This document shows, piece by piece, positions 1 to 14,790 of a DNA stretch of 32,000 nt; the stretch's first letter is position 1, and each line of letters begins with the position of its first letter. Location of the stretch: positions 1,860,001-1,892,000 of the forward strand of contig OY760660.1 in the NCBI GenBank assembly GCA_963663995.1, in the 5' to 3' direction. The notes under the pieces are model-generated. The model had not been told where the DNA came from. It searched no databases and was given only the letters and a program-made list of their open reading frames with translations. Both the position numbers and the translations under genes were made by a program. Source of the DNA: Erysipelotrichaceae bacterium. GTDB lineage: Bacteria > Bacillota_I > Bacilli_A > Erysipelotrichales > Erysipelotrichaceae.

Positions 1-1168
<1,168 letters not shown>

Positions 1169-1264
1169 CCCATAACTAATAAAAAAACATCAATTATTTC
1201 AGAAAGAGAAATAGCCCTTTATAAACATATCTATTATTCGGTTTTGAGAGAATCAACTCTCAGA

Positions 1265-1378
1265 TCTGGTGACGATAGCGTAGTGGTCACACCTGTTCCC
1301 ATCCCGAACACAGAAGTTAAGCACTACAGCGGTGACAATAGCACGGCGTGCCCGTGTCAAGATAACACGTTGCCGGTT
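1265..1378 (+). rRNA. rrf: 5S rRNA
   Basis: About 114 nt. Starts TCTGGTGACGATAGC, contains CCCATCCCGAACACAGAAGTTAAGC, and the 3' end GTTGCCGGT pairs with the 5' end. Ends are +/- 3 nt. Confidence 0.9.
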
Positions 1379-1383
1379 ACATT

Positions 1384-1410
1384 AAGCTCCTTTATAGGAG
1401 CTTTTTGTTT
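1384..1410 (+). terminator. Rho-independent terminator of upstream rrn operon
   Basis: AAGCTCCT-TTAT-AGGAGCTT hairpin (8 bp) followed by a T-run. Confidence 0.85.
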
Positions 1411-1716
1411 GTCTTATAGACATAAAAGGTTTATTATAGATTTACTCTCACTTTTTTAGAAAGGATCTAAAACAGTCTGACATATCGATAATAACTTTTG
1501 ATAAGACCCAAATCTTCTTTTAATGACCTTAATCTGAGAAAGAAAGAACTTGGAAATACTTATTAGAATGTTAAAAGAATATGAAGAAGAATTTGTTTTA
1601 ATGTCTAAGTTTTTTTTAAAAAAGAGAGAAAATAGTCTCATAAAGTACGATAAAACACAGGTTTTAAGCCGATTTTTAAATAAATAAAAAAAGGTAAAAT
1701 AAAGTGTAAAAAATCG

Positions 1717-1745
1717 TTGACAGGGGCTAGGGTGTTTGATATTAT
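1717..1745 (+). promoter_or_regulatory. rrn promoter (sigma-A type) with A/T-rich UP-like tract upstream
   Basis: TTGACA (1717-1722), 17-nt spacer, TGaTATTAT extended -10 (TG 1737-1738, hexamer 1740-1745). Preceded by AAATAAATAAAAAAAGGTAAAATAAAGTGTAAAAAA. Confidence 0.7.
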
Positions 1746-1809
1746 AAGTAGGCACTCGTTGAGAAACAGAAGCGAAACAAACGCTAGAAACGAAAGCAAA
1801 AAGTGCAGC

Positions 1810-1822
1810 TGTTCTTTGAAAA
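1810..1822 (+). promoter_or_regulatory. rrn leader boxA-like antitermination element
   Basis: TGTTCTTTGAAAA matches the Gram-positive rrn boxA pattern (GTTCTTTGAAAAC). A second copy lies in the 16S-23S spacer. Confidence 0.6.
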
Positions 1823-1840
1823 CTAAATAGGAAACAACGT
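1819..1840 (+). other. 5' half of 16S processing (RNase III-type) stem
   Basis: 1819-1835 is perfectly complementary (17 bp) to 3457-3473. After a 1-nt bulge, a further 5 bp pair (1836-1840 with 3451-3455). Confidence 0.7.
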
Positions 1841-1899
1841 CAATTTCAATAATTGAAATTATATATCTCAGGGATGAGATATGAATCTATGAGTACATC

Positions 1900-3419
<1,520 letters not shown>

Positions 3420-3450
3420 AAGGAGAAAGAATACATTTTAAAAAACCTAT

Positions 3451-3473
3451 ACGTTAGTTTCCTATTTAGTTTT
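3451..3473 (+). other. 3' half of 16S processing stem
   Basis: Complement of 1819-1840 (see that feature). Confidence 0.7.
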
Positions 3474-3490
3474 GAGAGTTCAGCTCTCAG

Positions 3491-3504
3491 TGGTTCTTTG
3501 AAAA
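3491..3504 (+). promoter_or_regulatory. Spacer boxA-like element ahead of 23S
   Basis: TGGTTCTTTGAAAA is a near repeat of the leader boxA. Confidence 0.55.
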
Positions 3505-3520
3505 CCGAATAACAGATATG
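3501..3520 (+). other. 5' half of 23S processing stem
   Basis: AAAACCGAATAACAGATATG pairs 19/20 with 6647-6666 (CATATCTATTATTCGGTTTT). The same 3' half occurs at 1226-1245 in the upstream operon. Confidence 0.65.
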
Positions 3521-3694
3521 AAAAGACATGATCTTTCTGAATAGTTGAAAAATTATTAGAAAAATTAAGATTTTTACATTACGAGAAACAAAAAACAATT
3601 TTTACAAATTGTTTTAGTTAAAAACAAAACAGTAATCAAAGCAATCAAAGTATATTTTATATACGTGAACACACATATAAAAAAATCAAACGTG

Positions 3695-6589
<2,895 letters not shown>

Positions 6590-6646
6590 CCCATAACTAA
6601 TAAAAAAACATCAATTATTTCAGAAAGAGAAATAGCCCTTTATAAA

Positions 6647-6666
6647 CATATCTATTATTCGGTTTT
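6647..6666 (+). other. 3' half of 23S processing stem
   Basis: Complement of 3501-3520 with one C/A mismatch. It lies between 23S and 5S. Confidence 0.65.
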
Positions 6667-6685
6667 GAGAGAATCAACTCTCAGA

Positions 6686-6799
6686 TCTGGTGACGATAGC
6701 GTAGTGGTCACACCTGTTCCCATCCCGAACACAGAAGTTAAGCACTACAGCGGTGACAATAGCACGGCGTGCCCGTGTCAAGATAACACGTTGCCGGTT
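6686..6799 (+). rRNA. rrf: 5S rRNA
   Basis: Appears identical to 1265-1378. Confidence 0.9.
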
Positions 6800-6804
6800 A
6801 CATT

Positions 6805-6831
6805 AAGCTCCTTTATAGGAGCTTTTTGTTT
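6805..6831 (+). terminator. Rho-independent terminator of rrn operon
   Basis: Same hairpin plus T-run as 1384-1410. The two rrn copies diverge directly after it (after 6838). Confidence 0.85.
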
Positions 6832-6847
6832 GTCTTATTAGCACATA

Positions 6848-6856
6848 TGCTATAAT
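6848..6856 (+). promoter_or_regulatory. Candidate extended -10 promoter for tsaE-tsaB
   Basis: TGcTATAAT lies 19 nt upstream of the tsaE ATG. The -35 is weak and overlaps the terminator tail. Confidence 0.4.
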
Positions 6857-6874
6857 TTCTAAACAGGATTAAAT

Positions 6875-7318
6875 ATGAAAATAACAACACATTCAGCTAT
6901 AGAGACTCAAGAAATAGCACGAAAAATCGCTTTACATTCTTTTAATGGATTAACGCTTCTATTAAGTGGTGATTTAGGGGCAGGTAAAACAACCTTTACC
7001 CAAGGATTAGCACTAGGTTTACATATCCATAAAACAGTTTCATCACCTACATTTACGATTATGAAAAATTATGATGGTGACTTTAAACTTAATCATATTG
7101 ATGCCTATCGACTAGAGGGTTTACATCAAGATTTAGGATTTGAGGAACTCATAGGTAAAGAAGGTATTACTGTCATTGAATGGCCAGATTTTATTTCTGA
7201 TATATGGCCAAGTCATTACATTAAAGTAGATTTTAAATATTTAGACGAAGAAACACGTGAGTTAAGTTTTACTTATTCAGGTGATAGAGAAGGCAATATA
7301 GTGGAGCATTTATTATGA
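6875..7318 (+). CDS. tsaE: tRNA t6A37 biosynthesis ATPase TsaE (YjeE/YdiB family)
   Basis: 147 aa. P-loop GDLGAGKTTFTQG and the typical SPTFTI and HIDAYRL motifs. Located upstream of tsaB. Confidence 0.9.
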   Translation: MKITTHSAIETQEIARKIALHSFNGLTLLLSGDLGAGKTTFTQGLALGLHIHKTVSSPTFTIMKNYDGDFKLNHIDAYRLEGLHQDLGFEELIGKEGITVIEWPDFISDIWPSHYIKVDFKYLDEETRELSFTYSGDREGNIVEHLL

Positions 7319-7917
7319 TTACTTTAGGTTTAGATACATCCTTTCATTTTTTAAGTTTAGTATTAATGAAAGATAATAATGTTATTGCATCACTACAGAA
7401 AGAAGCTTTAAAACAACAGTCTGAAACAATTTTAGATGAGTTAGATAAACTCTTTAAATCTGTTGATTTGAAACCCAGCGATCTCAATCAAATCGTTTTA
7501 ACAAAAGGTCCTGGGTCTTATACTGGACTTAGAATTGCGATGAGTATCGCGAAGATTATTGGATCAATTTCTAATGTTCAAGTTTTTACCATATCATCTT
7601 TACAATTATTAGCAGGTCTAGAGGAAAATGTTTCTATCTTAATTGATGCAAGAGCAGAGCGAGTTTATTTTGCACGATATAGTAAGGGTCTTGCCTTTGT
7701 TGAAGATGGCATTTATACCTTAAATGAAGCAAAAGACTTTATTCAAGAAAAAGATGTCATTTATGGTCATTTGAATTTATTAGGTAAAGATGATAGTTGG
7801 CCAAATTATATTAATCATTATTTAGAATTAAAAGATTTTTGGGAAAAAATTGATGATTTAGATCATTTAAGTCCATCTTATTTTAAAGAACACGATGCCT
7901 ATAAAAAGAAAGTTTAA
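7315..7917 (+). CDS. tsaB: tRNA t6A37 biosynthesis protein TsaB (YeaZ/YdiC family)
   Basis: 200 aa. GPGSYTGLRIAMSIAKII motif. ATGA start/stop overlap with tsaE. Confidence 0.85.
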   Translation: MITLGLDTSFHFLSLVLMKDNNVIASLQKEALKQQSETILDELDKLFKSVDLKPSDLNQIVLTKGPGSYTGLRIAMSIAKIIGSISNVQVFTISSLQLLAGLEENVSILIDARAERVYFARYSKGLAFVEDGIYTLNEAKDFIQEKDVIYGHLNLLGKDDSWPNYINHYLELKDFWEKIDDLDHLSPSYFKEHDAYKKKV

Positions 7918-8089
7918 ATGTGAAAAGTTTAAACTTTTTATTTTATTAATTCGAATAATCAGATACTGCATTTCAAAACCTCTTCCTTATTCTTTGATAA
8001 GGCATGAGATACCTGTAATTTGTTTACTTTTTGTATAGAATGCCTTAAAATCAATAGTGGTTTAAAAATAGATAAAAACAAGGAGGCAT

Positions 8090-9751
8090 ATGATGAAATT
8101 ATCACCATTACAACTAGCTCGTTACGAGTATACACCTAAGCTTCCTGGGATGCTTAGAAATGGCATCGCAGAAATCGGCGTAAAAGAAGGATTAGAAACA
8201 CAAAGTGTTGCTGATCAAGAAAAAATTAAAGCACTCTTTCCAAACACTTATGGTAAGAAAGAAATTACTTTTGAAAAAGGGACAAATACTTCTGTAGCTA
8301 AAAAACAAGTTGTGGGCGTTATCCTATCTGGTGGACAAGCACCTGGTGGTCACAATGTTATTTGTGGTTTATATGATGCATTAAAAGCAACGAGTAAAGA
8401 AAATGTTCTTTATGGTTTCAAAAATGGTCCTATTGGTCTTATAGAAGATAATAAATTAGAATTCACTGATGAATACATCAATGAATTTAGAAATACAGGT
8501 GGTTTCGATATCATCGGTTCTGGTCGTACTAAACTAGAATCAAATGAGCAGTTCGCAGTTGCGGCTGAAGTTTGTAAGAAACATGGTATTAATGCGATTG
8601 TCATCATTGGTGGTGATGATTCAAATACAAATGCAGCTGTTTTAGCAGAATATTTTGCGGCTAACAATACAGGTATTCAAGTCATAGGTTGCCCTAAAAC
8701 AATCGACGGTGATCTTAAAAATGAAGACATCGAAATCTCATTTGGTTTTGACACAGCGACTAAAACATATAGTGAATTAATTGGAAACATCCAACGTGAT
8801 GCAAACTCTGCTAAAAAATATTGGCACTTCATCAAAGTTATGGGTCGTTCAGCATCTCACGTAGCATTGGAATGTGCTTTAGAAACTCAGTCTAATATCT
8901 GTTTAATTTCAGAAGAAGTTGCAGCTAAAAAAATGTCACTTTCTCAAATTGCAGATTATATCGCAGATTCAGTTGAAGCACGTGCAGCAAAAGGTATGAA
9001 CTTTGGGGTAGCAATTATTCCTGAAGGTGTGGTTGAATTTGTTCCTGAATTCTCAGTGCTTATTGGTGAAATCAATGAATTATTAGCTGGTAGCAAAGCA
9101 GATGATTTCAATGCGTTAGCTACTTGGGAAGAAAAATATGCGTTTATTGGAAAAGGTCTAACAAAAGACTCAATGGATGTATTCTCAATACTTCCTCAAA
9201 CAATTCAACAACAATTGTTCCTTGAAAGAGATCCACATGGTAACGTTCAAGTTTCACTTATCGAATCAGAAAAACTATTCTCTGCGATGGTTGCCGATAA
9301 ATTAACTGCTCGTAAAGCTGCTGGAACATATAGTGGTAAATTTAATGCCTTACATCACTTCTTTGGTTATGAAGGTCGTTGTGCATTCCCATCAAACTTC
9401 GATGCTGATTACACATACTCAATTGGTTATAATGCAACAATGTTAATTCAATATGGTTTCACAGGTTATTTATCAAAAGTATCTAACTTATCAAAACCAG
9501 CTAACGAATGGGTTGCAGGTGGTATGCCAATCACTAAGATGATGAACATGGAAAGACGTCATGGTCATGACAAACCTGTTATTAAAAAAGCTTTAGTAGA
9601 ACTAGAAGGTAAACCATTCAAATTCTTTGAAGCAAACAGAGAAGCATGGGCTGTTGAAACTGCATATGTTTATCCTGGGGCTATTCAATACTATGGTCCT
9701 AGTGAAGTATGTGATCTTACAACAAGAACACTTGCTCTAGAACAAGAATAA
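8090..9751 (+). CDS. pfp: Pyrophosphate-dependent 6-phosphofructokinase (long-form PFP)
   Basis: 553 aa. PFK family motifs [19 protein letters not shown] (Asp of PPi type) and [10 protein letters not shown] (Lys of PPi type), plus MGR. AGGAGG at 8081-8086 favours the second ATG (8093) as the true start. Confidence 0.85.
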   Translation: MMKLSPLQLARYEYTPKLPGMLRNGIAEIGVKEGLETQSVADQEKIKALFPNTYGKKEITFEKGTNTSVAKKQVVGVILSGGQAPGGHNVICGLYDALKATSKENVLYGFKNGPIGLIEDNKLEFTDEYINEFRNTGGFDIIGSGRTKLESNEQFAVAAEVCKKHGINAIVIIGGDDSNTNAAVLAEYFAANNTGIQVIGCPKTIDGDLKNEDIEISFGFDTATKTYSELIGNIQRDANSAKKYWHFIKVMGRSASHVALECALETQSNICLISEEVAAKKMSLSQIADYIADSVEARAAKGMNFGVAIIPEGVVEFVPEFSVLIGEINELLAGSKADDFNALATWEEKYAFIGKGLTKDSMDVFSILPQTIQQQLFLERDPHGNVQVSLIESEKLFSAMVADKLTARKAAGTYSGKFNALHHFFGYEGRCAFPSNFDADYTYSIGYNATMLIQYGFTGYLSKVSNLSKPANEWVAGGMPITKMMNMERRHGHDKPVIKKALVELEGKPFKFFEANREAWAVETAYVYPGAIQYYGPSEVCDLTTRTLALEQE

Positions 9752-9791
9752 AAATTAGTTTAAAGCTTTATATATTTCAAGATTCTAAGAT

Positions 9792-9826
9792 AACAAGCAG
9801 GGGAAAATTTCTCCTGCTTGTTTTTA
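9792..9826 (+). terminator. Rho-independent terminator after pfp
   Basis: AACAAGCAGG (9792-9801) pairs with CCTGCTTGTT (9813-9822), a 10-bp GC-containing stem followed by TTTTT. Confidence 0.85.
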
Positions 9827-9931
9827 AACTGAGAGTCTTTGTTGATTTCAATCTATGTTAATGTCAAAATGGTAATAGACTTTATCAGATGTTGATACAA
9901 CAACTTTAACGATGGTAAAGTGAGGCATAAA

Positions 9932-10399
9932 ATGATAAGAAAAATGGTAGTAGATGATATTGATATCATCGTCGATTTAGAACAGAAACTTTTTAGTCAT
10001 CCATGGAGAAAAATGGATTTTTTGTATGAACTTAATGAAAATCCATTTGCGATTTATTGGGTTTATATTGAAGAAAATAACATCGTAGCTTATATCGGTT
10101 TTTGGCATGACGAAAATCAAATACAAATAACAACACTAGGTGTTGATGAAAATCATCAAAATAAGGGTTATGCCAAAGCATTAATGAGTCATTTAGTGAA
10201 GTTTGCCCATAAACATGGAGTAGATGCTTTGAGTTTAGAGGTTCGAGAATCAAATCATAAAGCGATATCGTTATATGAAAGTTTTAATTTTAAACAAGCT
10301 GCCATTCGTCATGATTATTATTCACATCCAGATGAAGATGGTATCTTGATGTTATGTGATATGAAAGGAGACTTAATTCATGAAAATACTCGCAGTTGA
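9932..10399 (+). CDS. rimI: Ribosomal-protein-alanine N-acetyltransferase RimI (GNAT)
   Basis: GNAT motif TLGVDENHQNKGYAKALM. Located directly upstream of, and overlapping, tsaD. The ORF track starts at GTG 9920, but GTGAGG (9920-9925) reads as an SD 6 nt before ATG 9932. Confidence 0.8.
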   Translation: MIRKMVVDDIDIIVDLEQKLFSHPWRKMDFLYELNENPFAIYWVYIEENNIVAYIGFWHDENQIQITTLGVDENHQNKGYAKALMSHLVKFAHKHGVDALSLEVRESNHKAISLYESFNFKQAAIRHDYYSHPDEDGILMLCDMKGDLIHENTRS

Positions 10400-11372
10400 A
10401 ACATCTTGTGATGAAACAGCGTTTTCAATTATTGAAGATGGATCTAAAGTTTTAAGTAATATTGTTTCCTCACAAATTGATACACATAAACTTTTTGGCG
10501 GAGTTGTACCGGAAGTTGCAAGTCGTATTCATATTGAAAATATTTCAATAGTATTAAAGGAAGCACTTGAAAAAGCAAATTGTACACTTGATGATATTGA
10601 TGCGATTGCATTTACCCAAGGTCCAGGTTTAGTGGGATCATTGCATGTGGGTATAATGGCTGCTAAAACATTAGCATGGTTTACTCAAAAACCACTTATT
10701 CCAATCCATCATATTACAGGACACATTTATGCTAATCGCTTTGTTGATGAAATTGAGTATCCACTCTTGGCTTTAGTTGTATCAGGTGGACATACAGAAC
10801 TTGTTTACATTAAAGAAGAGTTTAATTTTGAAATATTAGGTTCAACTCAAGATGACGCAGTCGGTGAAGCTTACGACAAAGTAGCAAGAGCCATAGGACT
10901 TGGTTACCCAGGTGGACCTAAAATTGATAAGTTAGCAAAAGAAGGACACAAGCATTATCCATTACCAAAAGTAAAAACACAGAAAGAATTAGATTTTTCT
11001 TTTAGTGGTTTGAAATCAGCCGTATTACAAACTCTAAAACGTCATGAAAAAGAAGGTATTGTTGAAGCAGATCTAGCTTATGATTTTCAAGAAGCAGTCA
11101 TGAATGAACTGTTAAGTAAAACACGACTAGCACTTAATAAAGTAGAAGTAAAACATCTGGTACTAGGTGGTGGTGTGGCAGCTAATTCACGGCTTAGAGA
11201 ACTCATTTTAAATTTGAAAGATGATTACCCAGATCTTAAAATCACAATCCCTCCAATGTGGTGTTGTACAGACAATGCGGCGATGATTGGAGCGGTTGCT
11301 GAGATTGCTTATCGGCATGGTGTAAGAGGGACTTTAGACGTCAGTGCAGACCCATCTTTAAACTACTCGTGA
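10380..11372 (+). CDS. tsaD: tRNA N6-adenosine threonylcarbamoyltransferase TsaD (Kae1/Gcp)
   Basis: 330 aa. ILAVETSCDETA, GPGLVGSLHVG, HHITGHIYA, LVVSGGHTEL and GGGVAANSRLR motifs. Confidence 0.95.
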   Translation: MKILAVETSCDETAFSIIEDGSKVLSNIVSSQIDTHKLFGGVVPEVASRIHIENISIVLKEALEKANCTLDDIDAIAFTQGPGLVGSLHVGIMAAKTLAWFTQKPLIPIHHITGHIYANRFVDEIEYPLLALVVSGGHTELVYIKEEFNFEILGSTQDDAVGEAYDKVARAIGLGYPGGPKIDKLAKEGHKHYPLPKVKTQKELDFSFSGLKSAVLQTLKRHEKEGIVEADLAYDFQEAVMNELLSKTRLALNKVEVKHLVLGGGVAANSRLRELILNLKDDYPDLKITIPPMWCCTDNAAMIGAVAEIAYRHGVRGTLDVSADPSLNYS

Positions 11373-11387
11373 AATTTTAATTCATTG

Positions 11388-11415
11388 TTCACAACCCACT
11401 TGTGTATGTTATAAT
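11388..11415 (+). promoter_or_regulatory. Candidate rex promoter with overlapping inverted repeat
   Basis: TTCACA (-35-like), 16 nt, TGtTATAAT (TG 11407-11408, hexamer 11410-11415). The inverted repeat TTCACAA-cccac-TTGTGtA (11388-11406) sits in the spacer. Confidence 0.45.
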
Positions 11416-11434
11416 TTTAACAAGTAGGTGAATT

Positions 11435-12058
11435 ATGGACAAAAAAACAAATGTGCCCAAGGCAACTTTACAGCGTTTCCCCATTTATTTAAAGGCTTTA
11501 AGAAAGCTTGAAAAACTCGGTGTGCAACGCATAATGTCACGTGAATTATCAGAATTCGTTAATATCGAACCAACCACTATTCGACGTGATTTTTCATTTT
11601 TAGGATCTCTTGGTAAGCAAGGTTATGGTTATGATGTTACCTCCCTTATTGAGATTTTTGATGGTGAATTAGGTGGTAATTTCCACGAGAAACTTATTAT
11701 TGTCGGTGCTGGTAACTTAGGTAAAGCATTGATGAATTATAATAGATGGAACCATGTTGTTGGTGAAATCGTATGTGCTTTTGATATCGCACCTGAAAAA
11801 GCAGGCGAAGTATATCAAATCCCTGTATATCCTTTAGATCAAATTCACGAAAAGATGCCAGAAGGGTGTCGTATTGCGATTTTAACGATCTCTAGTGATA
11901 TTCAAGAAACTGTAGATTTACTCATTGAATTAGGGATAAGAGGAATTGTGGACTTTACCCATGAACACATCCAAGTCCCTAAAGAAGTGAGTGTTAAACA
12001 AGTCGATGTTGTATCGATGATTCAGGAGTTAGTGTTTGAAACAAACGCGATTAAATGA
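11435..12058 (+). CDS. rex: Redox-sensing transcriptional repressor Rex
   Basis: 207 aa. N-terminal winged-helix region ([29 protein letters not shown]) and Rossmann motif [12 protein letters not shown]. Confidence 0.9.
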   Translation: MDKKTNVPKATLQRFPIYLKALRKLEKLGVQRIMSRELSEFVNIEPTTIRRDFSFLGSLGKQGYGYDVTSLIEIFDGELGGNFHEKLIIVGAGNLGKALMNYNRWNHVVGEIVCAFDIAPEKAGEVYQIPVYPLDQIHEKMPEGCRIAILTISSDIQETVDLLIELGIRGIVDFTHEHIQVPKEVSVKQVDVVSMIQELVFETNAIK

Positions 12059-13443
12059 TTATGAACTTATTAATGACAGCAAGAGAATTATATGAAATAG
12101 CGATAGATCGTGAGTCTTTGGAGGCTGATGGTCTAGACTTTGTCCAAGTACAAGGTTGGGTTAGAACAAATCGCAACAATAACAATGTAGGCTTCATTGA
12201 ATTAAATGATGGAACTTATTTTAGAAACATTCAAATCGTTTACAGTAGTGAACTTGAAAACTTTGATGAAATTAGCCATTTCCTAACAGGAACAGCTTTA
12301 ACCATAAGTGGTCAAGTTAAATTCACACCTGAAATGAAACAACCTTTTGAAATAGAATTAAAAGAAGTTGTACTAGAAGGCGCATGTGATCCAGAGTATC
12401 CACTACAAAAGAAACGTCATAGTTTTGAGTACTTAAGAGAAATTGGTCATCTTCGACCACGTACAAATACTTTTAATGCGGTGTTTAGAGTGCGTTCAGT
12501 TTTGAGTATGGCAATCCATGAGTTCTTCCAAGATCAAGGCTTTGTATATGTACATGCACCAATTATTACAGGTAATGATGCTGAAGGTGCTGGAGAAGTT
12601 TTTACTGTTACGACACGTAAAGATGATAAATATGACAAAGATTTCTTTGGTAAGAAATCTAGTTTAACTGTCTCTGGACAATTACAAGCAGAAGCTTATG
12701 CTTTGGCTTTTAGAGATGTTTATACTTTTGGTCCTACCTTTAGAGCCGAAAATTCAAATACGCCAAGACATGCGAGTGAATTCTGGATGATTGAACCGGA
12801 AATTTCTTTTGCGGATTTAGACGATGATATGAATCTCATCGAAGATATGGTTAAGTATTGCATTGATTATGTCTTAGAAAATGCACCTGAAGAAATGAAA
12901 TTCTTCAATGAACGTATTGATACAAGCTTGATGGAAAGACTCACTCATGTGATGCATTCTGATTTTAAGAGAATGACTTATACTGAAGCGATTGAAATCT
13001 TAATGAATTCGGGTGAAAAATTTGAATTCCCTGTTGAATGGGGAACTGATTTACAATCAGAACATGAACGCTATTTATCAGAAAAAGTGGTTAAAGGTCC
13101 TGTTTTCTTAACAGACTACCCTAAAGATATTAAAGCATTCTACATGCGTACTAATGAAGACCAAAAAACAGTCGCAGCTTGTGACTTGCTTGTGCCTTCA
13201 ATTGGTGAACTTGTTGGTGGATCTCAACGTGAAGAACGTTTAGATGTATTAGAAGCACGTATGGCAGAAATGGGTGTTGAAGCTGAAGGGCTTCAATGGT
13301 ATTTAGATTTAAGACGTTATGGCGGATGTAAACATGCTGGTTTTGGATTAGGTTTTGAGAGATTCTTGATGTATATTACAGGAATTACAAATATCAGAGA
13401 TGTTATTCCATTTGCGCGAACACCTAAAAATCTCTTATACTAA
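12055..13443 (+). CDS. asnS: Asparagine--tRNA ligase (E. coli-type, long form)
   Basis: 462 aa. [59 protein letters not shown] and GFGLGFER motifs. ATGA overlap with the rex stop. ATG 12061 or 12073 are alternative starts. Confidence 0.93.
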   Translation: MIMNLLMTARELYEIAIDRESLEADGLDFVQVQGWVRTNRNNNNVGFIELNDGTYFRNIQIVYSSELENFDEISHFLTGTALTISGQVKFTPEMKQPFEIELKEVVLEGACDPEYPLQKKRHSFEYLREIGHLRPRTNTFNAVFRVRSVLSMAIHEFFQDQGFVYVHAPIITGNDAEGAGEVFTVTTRKDDKYDKDFFGKKSSLTVSGQLQAEAYALAFRDVYTFGPTFRAENSNTPRHASEFWMIEPEISFADLDDDMNLIEDMVKYCIDYVLENAPEEMKFFNERIDTSLMERLTHVMHSDFKRMTYTEAIEILMNSGEKFEFPVEWGTDLQSEHERYLSEKVVKGPVFLTDYPKDIKAFYMRTNEDQKTVAACDLLVPSIGELVGGSQREERLDVLEARMAEMGVEAEGLQWYLDLRRYGGCKHAGFGLGFERFLMYITGITNIRDVIPFARTPKNLLY

Positions 13444-13449
13444 TACCTG

Positions 13450-14790
13450 ATGTATAATCCACAATTACGCGCAGTTAAAAGAAAAAAATCAAATTTTCCA
13501 TGGGTCATTTTTTCCCTTGGATTTTTTGTTGTAATGGCCATCGCAATTTATTTTGCCTATCCCTACATTAATGATTCAAATCAGGATGATATCGCATCAC
13601 CTTTTACTATTTGTACTTATGATATTAATCAAACTCAAGATACGATTGAGTCTCTAAATTATACAGATTCGATTGAGATGAATGACTATCTTTTATATGG
13701 AGAAACGCTTAATCTATTTTCTGAACCTTATGTCTTAGGTGAAAGAGATTATTTTGTTGGAAAAACAGTTGTTTTGAAAAATGTCTGTGATGGTTATGAA
13801 TGGGTCTATATGTTAGAGAACTATGTCGATAATCAAATCCCGTTAGAACTTTTACCTAATGGTTTTTACGAGGTTTATATTGTGGACAATCTTATTCAAA
13901 AAAGACTTTTTTCAGAGTTTGAAATCGATGAATTATTTTATCCTGTACAGAGAGATAGTTTAGGGAAAACTATTGAAATTTTAGCTCAAAAAAATCTAGG
14001 GTCTAGCGAAGAGCGAACAATAACACTTGATAAGAACTATCTTTATATCAATGTAAAACACAGTGTTGCTGAAGAGAGAGCAGAAATCTATGACATCGTT
14101 TTAGATGGTGCCCATTCAACATATGTTGGAAATAGTGTTGAAAAGGGACGATCTGCTTTCAATGTGATTGAAGCGAACGAGACAGTAAGAATGGCGATTC
14201 TCATTCAAGCAGAACTTGAAAATGCAGGTTTAAGAGTCTACATGACTCGTGATGATAGCGAAGATGTTATCGATTTGTATGGTGAAGATGGTCGTTTATA
14301 TAATGCCTATGCTTCTAGCGCAAAATACTATGTAGAACTAAATATGATTTATAGCAATTTAGAAGAGAAACAAGGGGCGATTATGTCTTATTCGCACTTT
14401 AGTTCCAACCGATTTGCGACAACTGTATTTAAGTCTTATTTAAATGCCAATATCATTAGCGCATATGGTAGTGATTCAAATACAAACATTGCAGGTGTTA
14501 ATGCAGCCAGTTTATATGATGGTTTTGATTCGATTCCAGTGATTCGTGAGAGTGGTGGAAGAATACTTGGGGCGGGCACTATGTCAGAAGCATCAAAAAC
14601 TAACGCATCGTTTAATGCTGAAGAGCGATTGGGTATGCAAACCATAAGTATTGATATGATTCATTTGTCAAATGAAGAAGATGTTACAAATTTTATTAAC
14701 AATGAAGAAATCTTGGCAAAAGCAATTGCCCAGGGAATAATAGATTTTTTAAGAATAGAGGAACAAAATAATGAGTCTTCAACTAGTTAA
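13450..14790 (+). CDS. Membrane-anchored protein with an N-terminal domain of unknown function and a C-terminal divergent N-acetylmuramoyl-L-alanine amidase (Amidase_3)-like domain
   Basis: 446 aa. One N-terminal TM segment (WVIFSLGFFVVMAIAIYFAY). Residues about 214-434 follow the Amidase_3 pattern (IVLDGAHS ... E ... GLRVYMTRDD ... YYVELNMIYSN ... VIRESGG ... ISIDMIHLSNEED ... AKAIAQGI), but with substitutions at expected catalytic positions. No clear SD. Confidence 0.6.
   Translation: MYNPQLRAVKRKKSNFPWVIFSLGFFVVMAIAIYFAYPYINDSNQDDIASPFTICTYDINQTQDTIESLNYTDSIEMNDYLLYGETLNLFSEPYVLGERDYFVGKTVVLKNVCDGYEWVYMLENYVDNQIPLELLPNGFYEVYIVDNLIQKRLFSEFEIDELFYPVQRDSLGKTIEILAQKNLGSSEERTITLDKNYLYINVKHSVAEERAEIYDIVLDGAHSTYVGNSVEKGRSAFNVIEANETVRMAILIQAELENAGLRVYMTRDDSEDVIDLYGEDGRLYNAYASSAKYYVELNMIYSNLEEKQGAIMSYSHFSSNRFATTVFKSYLNANIISAYGSDSNTNIAGVNAASLYDGFDSIPVIRESGGRILGAGTMSEASKTNASFNAEERLGMQTISIDMIHLSNEEDVTNFINNEEILAKAIAQGIIDFLRIEEQNNESSTS

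Noticed and set aside
1244-1459. 71-aa + strand ORF
   Set aside because: It spans the 5S rRNA gene and its terminator hairpin, so it is an artefact.
1456-1755. 99-aa - strand ORF in the inter-operon spacer (and the 63-aa ORF at 3407-3598 in the ITS)
   Set aside because: This is AT-rich low-complexity sequence read through Phe/Lys/Ile/Asn codons. It overlaps the rrn promoter/UP region or the ITS processing elements and has no SD.
3420-3694. tRNA-Ile/tRNA-Ala genes in the 16S-23S spacer
   Set aside because: I read the whole ITS. No cloverleaf-compatible segment or GGGC/GGGG acceptor start with a T-loop GTTCGA/GTTCAA is present.
7918-8089. Riboswitch, cre site or clear promoter in the pfp upstream region
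   Set aside because: Only a weak AT palindrome (AAAAGTTTAAACTTTT), a 6-bp hairpin (CCTTAT...ATAAGG) and an ambiguous TATAGAAT -10-like element are present. TGTAATTTGTTTAC lacks the central CG of a cre. Nothing is strong enough to call.
11381-11406. Canonical Rex operator (TTGTGAA-N4-6-TTCACAA) in the rex promoter or elsewhere
   Set aside because: Half-sites are present, but here they are arranged in the everted order (TTCACAA...TTGTGtA). The other occurrences lack a properly spaced partner. I therefore report them only as a motif observation, not as Rex boxes.
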